The notes: generated by a model from the sequence alone, not told the origin. A DNA stretch of 64,000 bases from an uncultured Candidatus Poseidoniales archaeon (GCA_902625885.1 CACODE010000002.1:8454-72453), one strand, 5' to 3'; shown: positions 45,846-56,088, counted from the first letter of the stretch. Program-made: numbers and translations.

Positions 45846-46709
45846 CGTCCAGCGCCCGTCCGGAACGACGCTGGCATGGTCCGGTATCGCGTTGATGATG
45901 TAGGTCCACGCCCAAACCGAACCGCTTGCCGTCCGAACGAGAACGGGAGCCCTGATGTAAAGCCCCTCGCTGGGGTCAAAGGCATTGTGCCCTTCAATCA
46001 CGTCGAGTTCCCCAAGTGCGCCAGCAAGATCGTCGGATCGATGAAGTTCACCGTGAACAACCCCTTGGTCGTCCGGTCGCAAACCCGGGTAAGCACCAAG
46101 GTCGTACAATCTTCCCATCACAGAACCACCTCGCACGGGCCCGCTCGACCAAGGTTCCAGCTGCGCCCATCGTTGACCGTGGTTCATGAGTGTCCCGTAG
46201 ACAAACAGGTGAGAAATCCATGGTTTGTTGGCTTTATTTTGTATTGCAAATTTCAAATGTTCAATTGGCAATTTGTAATTCCTCAAGCCGGTTTCAACAG
46301 TTTCTGCATACGCTGGGGTTGGGGGGACCAATTCGTCACGACGCATGTCCGGACTAACCGTGTAGGTGATCGCCTCCACAACATCACCTGCTGCGGTGAC
46401 CACAAACACAACCTGCCGCTGGTAATAGCGGGGACTGCCCTCTTTTTTGTCCATCCAAGACCAGCCTTCGTCCGACAAGGAAAACAGCACCCCCGGTACC
46501 GCCGTTCCTCTGCCGTTCTGCACCACGTCAGCTGCGCCACCGCCTCTGTTTCTGGAAAAATAGTGAAACGCCATGGAATGATCAAGGAGCCATGCTGTGC
46601 AGATTGGCTCCATCGAGGAAAAGTTGGCGCCGTTGCTCGAGGACCAAGCTTTCAGGTCGGCGGCGTTCAAATTCGACCCGTAGGCAAAGTAAGGGCGACG
46701 CTCGTCCAT
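45840..46709 (-). CDS. Tandem gamma-glutamylcyclotransferase (AIG2/GGCT-like) protein
   Basis: Two GGCT modules: YFAYGSNLNAADL... and LFVYGTLMNHGQRW...GRLYDLGAYPGL...VHGEL. ATG 46709 (MDERRPYFAYGSN) is preferred over track start 46814. Confidence 0.65.
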   Translation of the reverse strand: MDERRPYFAYGSNLNAADLKAWSSSNGANFSSMEPICTAWLLDHSMAFHYFSRNRGGGAADVVQNGRGTAVPGVLFSLSDEGWSWMDKKEGSPRYYQRQVVFVVTAAGDVVEAITYTVSPDMRRDELVPPTPAYAETVETGLRNYKLPIEHLKFAIQNKANKPWISHLFVYGTLMNHGQRWAQLEPWSSGPVRGGSVMGRLYDLGAYPGLRPDDQGVVHGELHRSDDLAGALGELDVIEGHNAFDPSEGLYIRAPVLVRTASGSVWAWTYIINAIPDHASVVPDGRWTS

Positions 46710-46819
46710 AGTCCGAGATGTCGCTGAGGGTATTTCAATCACCCACAAAGGCGCCAATCTGGTGCCGGGGAGATGGACGCTAAACGGACGGTTATAAGCA
46801 GGTAGAATGTGCAAAAATC

Positions 46820-49597
46820 ATGCGAAATCCTTTCATGATGCTCACCGATTGGAGCGTTGACCGCCCCAAGCAAGCGTTCACGGTTGTCATTCTTGCCATG
46901 GTTTTCCTCTCTGCAGGCGGTATGCACCTCAACTTTGACAACAGCGAGGACGGGTTCTTCCCCGACGACCCAAGCGTGGATTTGCTCAACGAAGTGGAGG
47001 AAGAGTACCGGGCAAGCATCGATTTCATCCGCGTGCTCGACGAGATAGAGGCTGAGGACCTCTTGGAGGCAGAAACGTGGCACCGCCTTGCCGCCATCGA
47101 AGCCACCATGCTGGCCGATGAAAACTTCGCACCTTACCACTACCCTCTGTTTGGTACCCAAGCCAACAACGGGCCTGCAGGACAGGCCATGCAATGGATG
47201 GCGTTGCAAGACAAGGCCACAGCATCATCATGGCTGGAACTGGCTCACGCAGCATCAATTGAAGTTCTTCTCGCTAACGATGATGCCAACCTCTCGGCTG
47301 CCTTGTCCAACCTCTCCCAGGCCGCTTTGTTGGTTCCAACGGTGGAGCCGGTCACGGCTGAACGCTTGCTTGATTGGGACGCCGGAGAACCAGCAGCTTG
47401 GCTTGCCCGTATGGACACAGGCGACAACCTCAGTGCAGACTTTGGCCGGTTGATGGCCCATCTCTCAAGCGCAACGGACAACAGAACGCCAACGCAAATT
47501 GAGCAAATTCTCGCTGTAACGGGCCCGCTGCAAGGCCAGATTGGACCGCTGTTTGGGTTGCAATCCATCGATTTTAGAGCCGCCATTCTCGCCTGTTTGC
47601 CAAGCGAGGACGGCGACGATCCGTGGCTGTCCGATGGGCCCGTCATGGTAACGCTCGTGGTCTCAAGCGAGCCTTTGGACTACGGGTACGAGATTCTGGG
47701 TGATGTCCAAGCCGACTTAACGGCATGGGCTGAGGAAATGGAAGCCAATGTTGTTGAGACCACCAACGACAGCGATGTTCGAACGTTTTCCTTCGCCCAA
47801 TTTGCCGAGAATTCCAGCGCCACCATCGGCAAAGAGATTGGCATGCTGACCAGCGCTGCCATGCTCCTGCTCGGCGTCATCCTGTGGTTCAATTTCAGGA
47901 GCGTTCGAGAAACGGCCTACGTGCTTGTGTTGACGGTGTTGGCCATTGCCGGCACCTACGGTTTGTCGGGCTGGCTGCAATTTGCCGGCGTCGACATGAC
48001 CTTCAACGCCGCCATGAACTCAATTCCGGTTCTTTTGCTGGCCATCGGCGTGGATTATGGATTGCATGTTGTTCTCCGGATTCGAGAAGAACTCAAGGAG
48101 GAAGAAAACCGTAATCCTGCTGGTCGTGTTACGCTCAGGGATTTCGACAAGGAATCCCGCCAGCGTGCAATCCGCCAAGGAACGGTGCTGACGTCCATTG
48201 CCTTGATGATCGCCATCACCACCGACATCGTTGGTTTTCTCTCCTTCAGGCTGTCGTCGTTGGCCTTCTTGCAGGTCTTTGGTACGGTCATCGCCATCGG
48301 GTTGTTCCTCATTTACCTGCTCAGCATATCCGCTCTACCAGCGCTCATGCTCATGCTGCCCAGCAAAAAACTCCCGCTCGAGCGGGCGAGCAAGGTCACG
48401 GTTGGGCCGCTCAGTCAAAACTTGGGAAAACTTTCCCAACAGCCTCTCAAGGTTGGGCTCATCGCTCTTGTTTTGCTCGCTCCGATGGTGGCTGGATTCC
48501 AGCAGTTGGAAGTGGCGTTTGAACAGCGAGACCAACTGGACGACTCGATTCCTGTAGTCCAGGATTTCCTGCTCATCAGTGATGAATTTGGTACCAGCCG
48601 CTCTCCGCTTTACGTGGTCATCGACGGGGACGTCATCAGCGAGAACGGGCGGACTGCATGGACCGCTGCATCGGAAGCAATGAGTGCGCGCGACGATGTA
48701 AACGGCATCCCGAACGGTGTTTGGGACGTGTTTGAACAAGCACGGCTGCAAGATCCGGTTCTGGACGCTATCATGCTGGATGTCGATGACGGAAATGCAA
48801 GCGGGTACGATGATCTTCGCCGTTGGTCGCTCGAAAACGAAACCGGCATTGAGACAACAAAAAGCCTCCTCGCTCGAGACGGTGAGCAGACACTCCTGTC
48901 CTTCCAAGCCGACACCCTTGGTTGGGGCGCTACCGTTGAGCTTGCTGAAAGCATTGAAGCGACCCTTGAGGCGTTGTCTGATGAGGCCGGTGAAGCCTTC
49001 ACCCTCCGGTTGAGTGGACGCGCCCTCATTAACGCCCAAACCACCTCTGACGTGGCCAGTGCATCGGTCCAATCCACAGGCATCGTGGCGCTGGTCATTC
49101 TGTTCATGCTGGTGGGCATCCACACCGTGCGCAACGAAAACGACCTCAAGGAGGGTTTGCAACGAGGCGTCGTTTCGTGGATTCCGCTCATGATGGTGGT
49201 GGTATGGGTCTACGGGCTGATGGGTTACACCGGCTACAACATCAACTCTCAAACCGTGACCATCGGAGCCTTGTCGTTGGGTTTGGGCGTGGACTACGCT
49301 GTTCACTTCACCACGCGACTGGAAGAAGAAGCCGAACACCATCCGTTTGGAATGCCTGAGGAATGGGTGGCGAAATCCACGGCGACGACCGGACGAGCCA
49401 TGGCTGGGGCTGCCCTGACCACGGCGGGTGGTTTTGCCGTGCTCAATCTCTCTGCGCTCTTGCCACTCCGCCTCTTCGGTCAAGCCTTTGTGGTCGCCAT
49501 CTCGCTGGCTCTTCTCTCAAGTTTGTTGATTTTGCCAGCACTCTACGCCCCGTTCCTCAAAAGGACGGCAGCGAAGGCTCGAGGTGAGAGCGAATGA
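46820..49597 (+). CDS. RND-superfamily exporter (MMPL/HpnN-like, two 6-TM bundles with large external loops)
   Basis: 925 aa. Two homologous membrane halves carry AIGVDYGLHV and GLGVDYAVHF motifs, each preceded by a large soluble loop. Confidence 0.75.
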   Translation: MRNPFMMLTDWSVDRPKQAFTVVILAMVFLSAGGMHLNFDNSEDGFFPDDPSVDLLNEVEEEYRASIDFIRVLDEIEAEDLLEAETWHRLAAIEATMLADENFAPYHYPLFGTQANNGPAGQAMQWMALQDKATASSWLELAHAASIEVLLANDDANLSAALSNLSQAALLVPTVEPVTAERLLDWDAGEPAAWLARMDTGDNLSADFGRLMAHLSSATDNRTPTQIEQILAVTGPLQGQIGPLFGLQSIDFRAAILACLPSEDGDDPWLSDGPVMVTLVVSSEPLDYGYEILGDVQADLTAWAEEMEANVVETTNDSDVRTFSFAQFAENSSATIGKEIGMLTSAAMLLLGVILWFNFRSVRETAYVLVLTVLAIAGTYGLSGWLQFAGVDMTFNAAMNSIPVLLLAIGVDYGLHVVLRIREELKEEENRNPAGRVTLRDFDKESRQRAIRQGTVLTSIALMIAITTDIVGFLSFRLSSLAFLQVFGTVIAIGLFLIYLLSISALPALMLMLPSKKLPLERASKVTVGPLSQNLGKLSQQPLKVGLIALVLLAPMVAGFQQLEVAFEQRDQLDDSIPVVQDFLLISDEFGTSRSPLYVVIDGDVISENGRTAWTAASEAMSARDDVNGIPNGVWDVFEQARLQDPVLDAIMLDVDDGNASGYDDLRRWSLENETGIETTKSLLARDGEQTLLSFQADTLGWGATVELAESIEATLEALSDEAGEAFTLRLSGRALINAQTTSDVASASVQSTGIVALVILFMLVGIHTVRNENDLKEGLQRGVVSWIPLMMVVVWVYGLMGYTGYNINSQTVTIGALSLGLGVDYAVHFTTRLEEEAEHHPFGMPEEWVAKSTATTGRAMAGAALTTAGGFAVLNLSALLPLRLFGQAFVVAISLALLSSLLILPALYAPFLKRTAAKARGESE

Positions 49598-50136
49598 ATC
49601 GGCGGACGGTCTTTTGGTTCACCAACATCGTTGGTCCGCTCATTTTGGTGTCCTATTGGCGAGGCGTCGGTGCATTTGATGACCCGCTGGTGTATTGGGG
49701 AGATGTACCACCCTCCATGCAGACCTTCATCGTCCCTTGGATGTTTGTTGCTGCAACGGGTTATCTGATGATGTTTCAACGGTTTTTCTTTGCGTGGAGT
49801 GAAGAAGAAATCGCTGCTCTTCACTGGCCGGGAGGCGTTGCCGATGGCCAGGGTGTCAGGCGACTGTTCATCTTGTACGCCGCTTTTCTTTTGACATCGA
49901 TGCTCTGGATAGATCTGACGCGGATGTACATCCTCTCGCCGTCAACGCTCGGAGCGGTTGTCGTTGTCGTCGTTCTGTGGATTGCCGGTTTGGCATCCGT
50001 TGGTTTCGGCGTGCTCGTTTGGCCGTCAAGGCACCGGCTGAAGGGCGCCAACATCGCTCTTGCGGGGTGCCTCATGCTCTCCATCCAGTGCACCGGTTGG
50101 GACGCCATCTATTGGGTGATGAATTTCGGTTGGTGA
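49594..50136 (+). CDS. Hypothetical membrane protein
   Basis: 180 aa, 5-6 hydrophobic segments, 4-nt overlap with the RND exporter stop. Confidence 0.5.
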   Translation: MNRRTVFWFTNIVGPLILVSYWRGVGAFDDPLVYWGDVPPSMQTFIVPWMFVAATGYLMMFQRFFFAWSEEEIAALHWPGGVADGQGVRRLFILYAAFLLTSMLWIDLTRMYILSPSTLGAVVVVVVLWIAGLASVGFGVLVWPSRHRLKGANIALAGCLMLSIQCTGWDAIYWVMNFGW

Positions 50137-50174
50137 GAACACGCGTTGAAATACACAACGGGTGAGGTGGAACC

Positions 50175-50795
50175 ATGAAGCCAATGCAGCGTTTCGTTTC
50201 GGGAATGATCGTCCTTCTGTTGCTCAGTGGGTGCACGGCGGCACCGTTTGAAGAGACGCCGACGCAGGAAGAGGAAGCGGTGTTGTCACCCGTTCCAGAG
50301 CGCCTCTCGTTCACGGCGCCCACGTTTGACCGGGTTGACGATAACGGCGCTCAGCACGACCTAAGAAACTCCTTTGATGGTCCCGTGCTGATGCTCTGGG
50401 TGGCTGCAGGTTGCAGTGGATGCCACGATTGGACGGCCATGCTGAGCGAAGAATTGGCGGCCGGCAACATCTCCAACACGACCAACATCGTCTCCGTTCA
50501 CCGCTACCCGTCCTTTGAGTCCACCGAGAAAGTGCAGGAGAGGTACACCACAAACAACACCAGTACCTACACGCCTTGGCCACTGCTTTTGCCTCCCGCC
50601 TCAACCAACGTCATCGACCTTGACACCGGCCGGATGACGGATGTCGAACTCTACCGTGCGTTCCAGAACCCCGTCACACCAACGTTGCAAGTCCTTGACG
50701 GCGACGGTCGTTTGGTCTGGACGTCGAAAACCTACTGGGCAAACGCCACCGTGTTGGAAGAAGCCCTGAGCATCATGAACCCGGATGGCGCGTGA
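50175..50795 (+). CDS. Thioredoxin-fold lipoprotein (TlpA/ResA-like thiol-disulfide oxidoreductase)
   Basis: Lipobox-like LLLLSGCTA and a CxxC active site in VLMLWVAAGCSGCHDW. 206 aa. Confidence 0.55.
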   Translation: MKPMQRFVSGMIVLLLLSGCTAAPFEETPTQEEEAVLSPVPERLSFTAPTFDRVDDNGAQHDLRNSFDGPVLMLWVAAGCSGCHDWTAMLSEELAAGNISNTTNIVSVHRYPSFESTEKVQERYTTNNTSTYTPWPLLLPPASTNVIDLDTGRMTDVELYRAFQNPVTPTLQVLDGDGRLVWTSKTYWANATVLEEALSIMNPDGA

Positions 50796-51249
50796 AATGG
50801 TCGCTTACATTGAGCTGCTTTTCTGGTTTTCAAGCCTCTACATCTTACCGTTTTGGCTGATGATGCTGTTCGCACCGCACAGCGAACGAACCGCCGCTAT
50901 GCTGCGAAGCGAGTGGATTTACCTCGCACCCCTTGCCGCAGCCTACTCGCTGGCCGTCCTGCCGCACCTGGGGGACATCTTGTTGCTGTTGGGCAGCGAC
51001 ATGCCCACGCCCGCCATCGTTTTGGAACTGTTCGAGAACGACGAGGTGGTCATTGTTGGATGGCTCCATTATCTGGCGTTCGATCTCTTCGTGGGGCGCT
51101 GGACATGGCAGCGTTTGACGCAGACCGAGAAACCGCTGTTGGTCTCGTTCCCAGTGTTGCTTCTGTCCATGATGGTCGCCCCTCTTGGTGCTCTGGTAGG
51201 CATGGTGGTGACGAGGGACGCAAAAGCACCCGCTGCAAACGATGCATGA
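50785..51249 (+). CDS. ABA4-like/DUF4281 family membrane protein
   Basis: 4 TM segments. LYILPFWLMMLFAP and WLHYLAFDLFVGRW motifs match my recollection of DUF4281. Confidence 0.5.
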   Translation: MAREMVAYIELLFWFSSLYILPFWLMMLFAPHSERTAAMLRSEWIYLAPLAAAYSLAVLPHLGDILLLLGSDMPTPAIVLELFENDEVVIVGWLHYLAFDLFVGRWTWQRLTQTEKPLLVSFPVLLLSMMVAPLGALVGMVVTRDAKAPAANDA

Positions 51250-51259
51250 ACAAAGGGTG

Positions 51260-51568
51260 CTAACGGAACAACGACCAGTTGTCCCTCCGCAAGCCTTCCA
51301 GCGCCACGCCCGTCAAACCACCCCAAACCCACGGGGATGCAACATCTACGGCGACCAGAACAAGCATGGCTAAGGCGGCGAGGATCCAGTGATGAACCCA
51401 AAACCGCCGGTTTCTAAGATGAAATTTCACGTTCTCCGTAAACCACCTCGCCCCGCTGAAGGCAAGAACGAGCGCGACGGAATAGAAGGCGAACTCCATG
51501 CGCCGACCTAAGGGGAGGTGGTATAATCCGCTTTCCATGGTCGCTACCGACAGCGGTGTGAACGCCAT
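51260..51568 (-). CDS. Hypothetical small membrane protein
   Basis: About 100 aa with 3 hydrophobic segments. The internal ATG avoids overlap with the divergent gene at 51644. Confidence 0.35.
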   Translation of the reverse strand: MAFTPLSVATMESGLYHLPLGRRMEFAFYSVALVLAFSGARWFTENVKFHLRNRRFWVHHWILAALAMLVLVAVDVASPWVWGGLTGVALEGLRRDNWSLFR

Positions 51569-51643
51569 ATCGGTACTGACTTGCGCTTCATTGTCTTTTT
51601 TCGGTTGCCCTAAATTTATGACCTCTTCATCCCTCGCAGAACC

Positions 51644-53923
51644 ATGGGCCTCTTTGAGGGACACAGGTTGACCATCGTCGGCGTGGTTTCGGCGCTCGTG
51701 CTGGTCTCCAGCCTCGGTTACGAGTTCCTTTCCGACCACGAAGAAGAGGTGAGTTTCAGCATTGATAACGACCTCATGATGAACGACATCAACGAGCTCG
51801 CTTCCTTTGGACCGAGAATTGCAGGTTCAAGTGAGGAAGCCGATGCCACAGCCTACATCAAACAGCGGTTTACGGACATGGGCTTGACCAACGTGAACAT
51901 TGAAACCTTTCCAGTCACCGGAACGTGGTTTGTCGATGCGGAGCCTGATGAGCACCAGATATTGATGCATGCGCAACTCGAGATGGGGGTGCAGAACGGT
52001 CCCGGCCTTCCCGACGGTACGGCGGGCTCCGGGCGCATCGCCGTTGATGAAACGGGGAACATCAACCACATTGAGTCCTTCACCTACCTCGGCTATTCGG
52101 GTGCGAATCACAAGCACGACAACATGTTGACGTTCATCGGTAACGGTTCCGCCGATGCGTTTGCGAACACGAACGGTGGCGACCTCACCGACCTAGCGAT
52201 CATGATCAACTACGACAACATGCGCAACCTGTCTGACATCTACAAGGACGCTATCGACCGGCAGGCTGGCGTGGTGATGATTTACACCGAAGGGGTTGAG
52301 ACCCCACCGTTCCGAAGCGTCACCGTTCAAGAAAACGGCGCCACTGTCCCGTTTCCTGACGCTTACAACGGCGACTATGCCGACCAACTCATTCCGTTCA
52401 TCTACATCTCTGAAAGCGTGGCCATGACCTTCCACGACTTCATTGAACAAGCAGCCGACGACCCCACGCTTTATGCCTCGTTGGACGGTTTTTGGGAAGG
52501 CAACAATGTCGGAACGAGGAACGTCCAAGTCGTCACTGCTGAACTCCCGGGAACGGGTGACGGCACCATTATGCTTGGAGCGCATCACGATTCCGCCTAC
52601 ATCAGCCCCGGGGCGGTTGACAACGCCGTGGGTGTTTCACAACTCCTTGAAATCGCCTCACAACTCAGCACGCTTGAGTTGGAATCCACCGTCAAATTTG
52701 CCACATGGGGTGGTGAGGAACTCGGCATGTTGGGTAGCCAAGCCTACATCAACGCCCACCAACAAGAAATTGACGACTTGGACCTTTACATCAACCTGGA
52801 CTCAACAAACCTTGACCCGCAGAAGGGATTGGGAACCCTCGGTATTGAAACCTCGGACGAGCGGTTGGTCGACTCCATTAGCGGCATCAAAAGCAGGGTT
52901 CTCGACCAGGGGAAATGGAACGATTACGCCGCCACCGTGGCGGTGAGCGATACGGGGAACAGCGACCACCGTTCGTTCAATCAACACGGCGTGACAACCG
53001 TTGGCTTGTTTGGATGGCAGTACGATGAAAACCATCGCCAGACCGACACCCCAAACATCGTCAATCAAGAGGGGCTTGACCTCGCCACGGAAATCGTGCT
53101 GCAGGTGGTCGTCGCCCAAGGCGGGCACCAAACCGGTTCGGAGCCACTGATTCAGATTTCTGGATTGGAAGGCGAATCTGAAAGCTGGGTGTTTCCGTTT
53201 GTCTTGGCGCTGTTGGCCGGCCTTGCCACGGGCATTGGCGGGCTCATCGTGTACATCGTGAAAGAGATCAGCGCCGAAATGATGGCGTTTCTTTTGGCCA
53301 TGGCTGCAGGCGTGATGCTTCTCGTGTCGGTGTTGGACCTTTGGCTCGGTCAAGCCGGGGAAAACGGCTTCCTTCCCATCACGCTTTCTTTCGGCGTAGG
53401 TGTCGCTCTCGTTCTGGGCATCAATCGATACACGGACAAACAAGAAGACGTCTCCAACATGACGCAGGAGAGAAAACTGTACCGGTCGGGTATTCTTACC
53501 GCCATTGCCCTCGCCATCCACAACTTCCCCGAAGGCCTCGCCATGGGTGTGGCGGTCCTGGAGTCGGCACAGTACGGTGTCGTGTTGATGGCCGCCATTG
53601 CGCTGCACAACATTCCGGAGGGCATCGCCGTTGCTGCCCCAATTCAGGCAGGTGGAGGTGGGCGGCTAAAGGCCACGATGATCGCCACCATGACCGGCTT
53701 CACCGAACCGCTTGGGGCGTTGTTTGCGCTGCTTGTTCTCGGCTCCATCCTTACACCGTTCATGGTTGGCTGTTCACTGGCGTTTGTTGGCGGCATCATG
53801 ACGGTCGTGGCCGCCAAAGAACTGATTCCACAAGCTCGCGCCCAAAACCGACCGCGATACATGGTCGTTGGTGCCGTCTTTGGGGCGGCCGTCATGCAGA
53901 TCAGTTTGCTCCTTCTTGCATGA
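51644..53923 (+). CDS. Fusion protein: extracytoplasmic M28-family zinc aminopeptidase plus C-terminal ZIP (ZupT-like) metal transporter
   Basis: N-terminal anchor, then M28 motifs (LGAHHDSAYISPGAVDNAVGVS, WGGEELGMLGSQAY, NLDS, NSDHRSF). From about aa 500 there are 7-8 TM segments with the ZIP signatures AIHNFPEGLAMGV and ALHNIPEGIAVAAP. Confidence 0.8.
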   Translation: MGLFEGHRLTIVGVVSALVLVSSLGYEFLSDHEEEVSFSIDNDLMMNDINELASFGPRIAGSSEEADATAYIKQRFTDMGLTNVNIETFPVTGTWFVDAEPDEHQILMHAQLEMGVQNGPGLPDGTAGSGRIAVDETGNINHIESFTYLGYSGANHKHDNMLTFIGNGSADAFANTNGGDLTDLAIMINYDNMRNLSDIYKDAIDRQAGVVMIYTEGVETPPFRSVTVQENGATVPFPDAYNGDYADQLIPFIYISESVAMTFHDFIEQAADDPTLYASLDGFWEGNNVGTRNVQVVTAELPGTGDGTIMLGAHHDSAYISPGAVDNAVGVSQLLEIASQLSTLELESTVKFATWGGEELGMLGSQAYINAHQQEIDDLDLYINLDSTNLDPQKGLGTLGIETSDERLVDSISGIKSRVLDQGKWNDYAATVAVSDTGNSDHRSFNQHGVTTVGLFGWQYDENHRQTDTPNIVNQEGLDLATEIVLQVVVAQGGHQTGSEPLIQISGLEGESESWVFPFVLALLAGLATGIGGLIVYIVKEISAEMMAFLLAMAAGVMLLVSVLDLWLGQAGENGFLPITLSFGVGVALVLGINRYTDKQEDVSNMTQERKLYRSGILTAIALAIHNFPEGLAMGVAVLESAQYGVVLMAAIALHNIPEGIAVAAPIQAGGGGRLKATMIATMTGFTEPLGALFALLVLGSILTPFMVGCSLAFVGGIMTVVAAKELIPQARAQNRPRYMVVGAVFGAAVMQISLLLLA

Positions 53924-53974
53924 AGGCTCTAGGCATTTGACCATGTCTAAATAGCATGCTGAGGAGGGTTTGCC

Positions 53975-54166
53975 ATGACCACCGGTGCCAAAGTCGGCTG
54001 CAGCCACTGCGATACGGAAGCGGCCACAAACCACTACCATGGTCCAGGTCTCAAGCGCATACCGCTGTGCAGAACTTGCTACGACCAGTACGTCGCCAAA
54101 GAGATGGTTGCGTACTGGAAAGACCACATCGCTGAGGAACAACGCCGAGCAGGAACGTCCTCCTGA
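53975..54166 (+). CDS. Small zinc-ribbon protein
   Basis: 63 aa with CSHC...CRTC. Preceded by gaggaggg. Confidence 0.4.
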   Translation: MTTGAKVGCSHCDTEAATNHYHGPGLKRIPLCRTCYDQYVAKEMVAYWKDHIAEEQRRAGTSS

Positions 54167-54287
54167 ACGGCTCAACCGGAGATAATGCACCACTCAGAGC
54201 CTGCGAGGCAAAAGTCGCGGGCGATTTCATCGCTGTTTAGAGTGTTAGAAAAAAAACAATCCTATTAACGCAAAAAGAATTGGTTCC

Positions 54288-55172
54288 GTGGTCATGAGGG
54301 ACCGTGTCCACGACGCTGTTTTGGGCAACCAAACCGACGCGTTCTTGAGAAAATGGGCCATCAATCTGGCGATTGTCGGATTTCTTCTCCACCTTGTCGC
54401 CTGCACGATTTACAACCTAACGGGTGGGTTTCTCGAAGGGACGGCGCCGTTTGTCGATTCTTATCTTGATGCCCTGTACACGCCCTTTTCCATTATTCTG
54501 GCCTACGAGGTCTACGAACTCATCAAAGCGATTCCGGAATCGTTTTCCAACTCGATCGGTAAGCAATTCGAGGTCATCACGCTCCTCGTCGTTCGTGATA
54601 TTTTCAAAAATCTCGCCGACATCAATGCGACGGCTGCCTCCACCGTGGATTCCGACGTGGCCTTCGTCGCCACCGAAGCTTTGGCGTTCGTCGTTCTGTT
54701 CACCACCGCCCTGTACTTCCGTTCAACAACGCAAGGCGGGAACGAGGGTGAGCTACAAGACGACGCCGTCAAGATGTTCGTGATGCAAAAGAAGGACCTC
54801 GCCTGCGCTCTTGCCGTCGCCTACGTCTGCGTGGCGGTGTATTCGATCACGTCGTGGTCCTACGGCGTGTTGGAGGGCGATAACGATTTGAGCCGCACCG
54901 TGTTTTTCGCCAATTTCTTCACCTTGCTCATTCTGTCAGACATCATCATCCTTCTCGTGTCCTACAAGCACATCACGGATTTCCCTCAACTGGCCAGAAA
55001 CACGGGGTTCGTGCTGTCCACCGTGGTGGTTCGTGTCGGTATTGCCACGCCCGGTTTCACCGGTGCCGTGCTGTTCATTCTCTCGGCCGTTCTCGCTTCT
55101 GTGGTGCTTAAGCTCAGCATCCTCTCCGAGGATAAGGCCGAACCCTCACCAGTCGAGGCCAACCCGGTTTGA
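54288..55172 (+). CDS. Hypothetical polytopic membrane protein
   Basis: 294 aa, about 6 TM segments, GTG start in the track. Confidence 0.5.
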   Translation: MVMRDRVHDAVLGNQTDAFLRKWAINLAIVGFLLHLVACTIYNLTGGFLEGTAPFVDSYLDALYTPFSIILAYEVYELIKAIPESFSNSIGKQFEVITLLVVRDIFKNLADINATAASTVDSDVAFVATEALAFVVLFTTALYFRSTTQGGNEGELQDDAVKMFVMQKKDLACALAVAYVCVAVYSITSWSYGVLEGDNDLSRTVFFANFFTLLILSDIIILLVSYKHITDFPQLARNTGFVLSTVVVRVGIATPGFTGAVLFILSAVLASVVLKLSILSEDKAEPSPVEANPV

Positions 55173-55182
55173 GACGTGGGAG

Positions 55183-55201
55183 AGCAATTCGATTGCTTTT
55201 C
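55183..55201 (+). terminator. Hairpin plus T-run after gene 54288..55172
   Basis: agcaat-tcg-attgct followed by tttt. Confidence 0.35.
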
Positions 55202-55242
55202 AAACAATGCATTAAGAATAAAAACTCAGGAATGCAAAGCAA

Positions 55243-55455
55243 ATGAAGAACGTTGGTGGCAAGGAAAGAGCCCTACGAGCCGTGTTTGGTTCGTTTGTTG
55301 TGGTTGCTGATTTTCTTGCAAACGTGCAGATTGAGATTCTGTTCCTCATCGTTGGCTTGTGGGGTGTGCTCACCTCTGCCTTCGGCTACTGCCCGTTTAA
55401 TTGGATGCTGAACCGAAACACCTGCGCCATCGACATCCCAGCGGCTCAGGCCTGA
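55243..55455 (+). CDS. DUF2892/YgaP-like small membrane protein
   Basis: NVGGKERALRAVFG...GYCPFNWML pattern typical of DUF2892. 70 aa. Confidence 0.6.
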   Translation: MKNVGGKERALRAVFGSFVVVADFLANVQIEILFLIVGLWGVLTSAFGYCPFNWMLNRNTCAIDIPAAQA

Positions 55456-55521
55456 TCGATGATTTGGCGTCTACCTCATCGTGGTCGAGCGTCCACTCAC
55501 AGGAAATCTTGGCGAGATAAA

Positions 55522-55866
55522 TCAGGATTGTTCGGCAGGGTTTGATTGGTTGCTGAACAGGATGCTCGCCGTTGCGTTAAACAGGATGTCCTCGGGAATT
55601 TCAAAACCCGCAGCAACGAACGAATGGATGATGTCGGTTTCTCGTTCCTTGTAGGCTTTTGATGAACGAAACGCCTCCAACGTCATCTCGTCCATCCACC
55701 GTGTGAAGACGATGATTCGCTCGCTGTCTTCGGCAAACGTTGACCCGACGCATCCCTGTTCAACGGCAGCCGACAGAAAATCCACCATGGCACCGTGCAT
55801 TTCAGACGTAATTGTTCTGTCGAATTTGTTGGTGATCCACATCCTGATGACGGGCGAGGTATCCAT
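55522..55866 (-). CDS. Hypothetical protein, possibly ABM-like (dimeric alpha/beta barrel)
   Basis: IIVFTRWMDEMTLEAFRSSKAYKE is reminiscent of antibiotic-biosynthesis-monooxygenase domains. Weak call. Confidence 0.3.
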   Translation of the reverse strand: MDTSPVIRMWITNKFDRTITSEMHGAMVDFLSAAVEQGCVGSTFAEDSERIIVFTRWMDEMTLEAFRSSKAYKERETDIIHSFVAAGFEIPEDILFNATASILFSNQSNPAEQS

Positions 55867-56016
55867 GCTCTGCCCACGGCATGAAGCCATTTACGCTTTC
55901 CTGTTGGGGTCTTTGTTAGAAGAAAACAGGCCCATTCAAAATGCACGAGGGGACCTTTCCATGGGTAGCGTCTGAAAAGGCCCACAGCAAGCCCTATGAT
56001 TTGCCAATTCCTGAGC

Positions 56017-56041
56017 AATGGGCATTCGGATAGACCCTCTG
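56017..56041. repeat. Left terminal inverted repeat of the cassette
   Basis: See the cassette entry. Its inner 11 nt (CCCTCTGCTTA, 56035-56045) are also the perfect inverted complement of TAAGCAGAGGG at 56389-56399. Confidence 0.7.
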
Positions 56042-56088
56042 CTTATACGTATAGAATGGTATATCAGTGATTTATTGGTGGAACATAC

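Noticed and set aside
48335-49483. 382-aa minus-strand ORF
   Set aside because: It is antisense to the RND/MMPL exporter and has no motifs.
52802-53608. 268-aa minus-strand ORF
   Set aside because: It is antisense to the M28-ZIP fusion gene.
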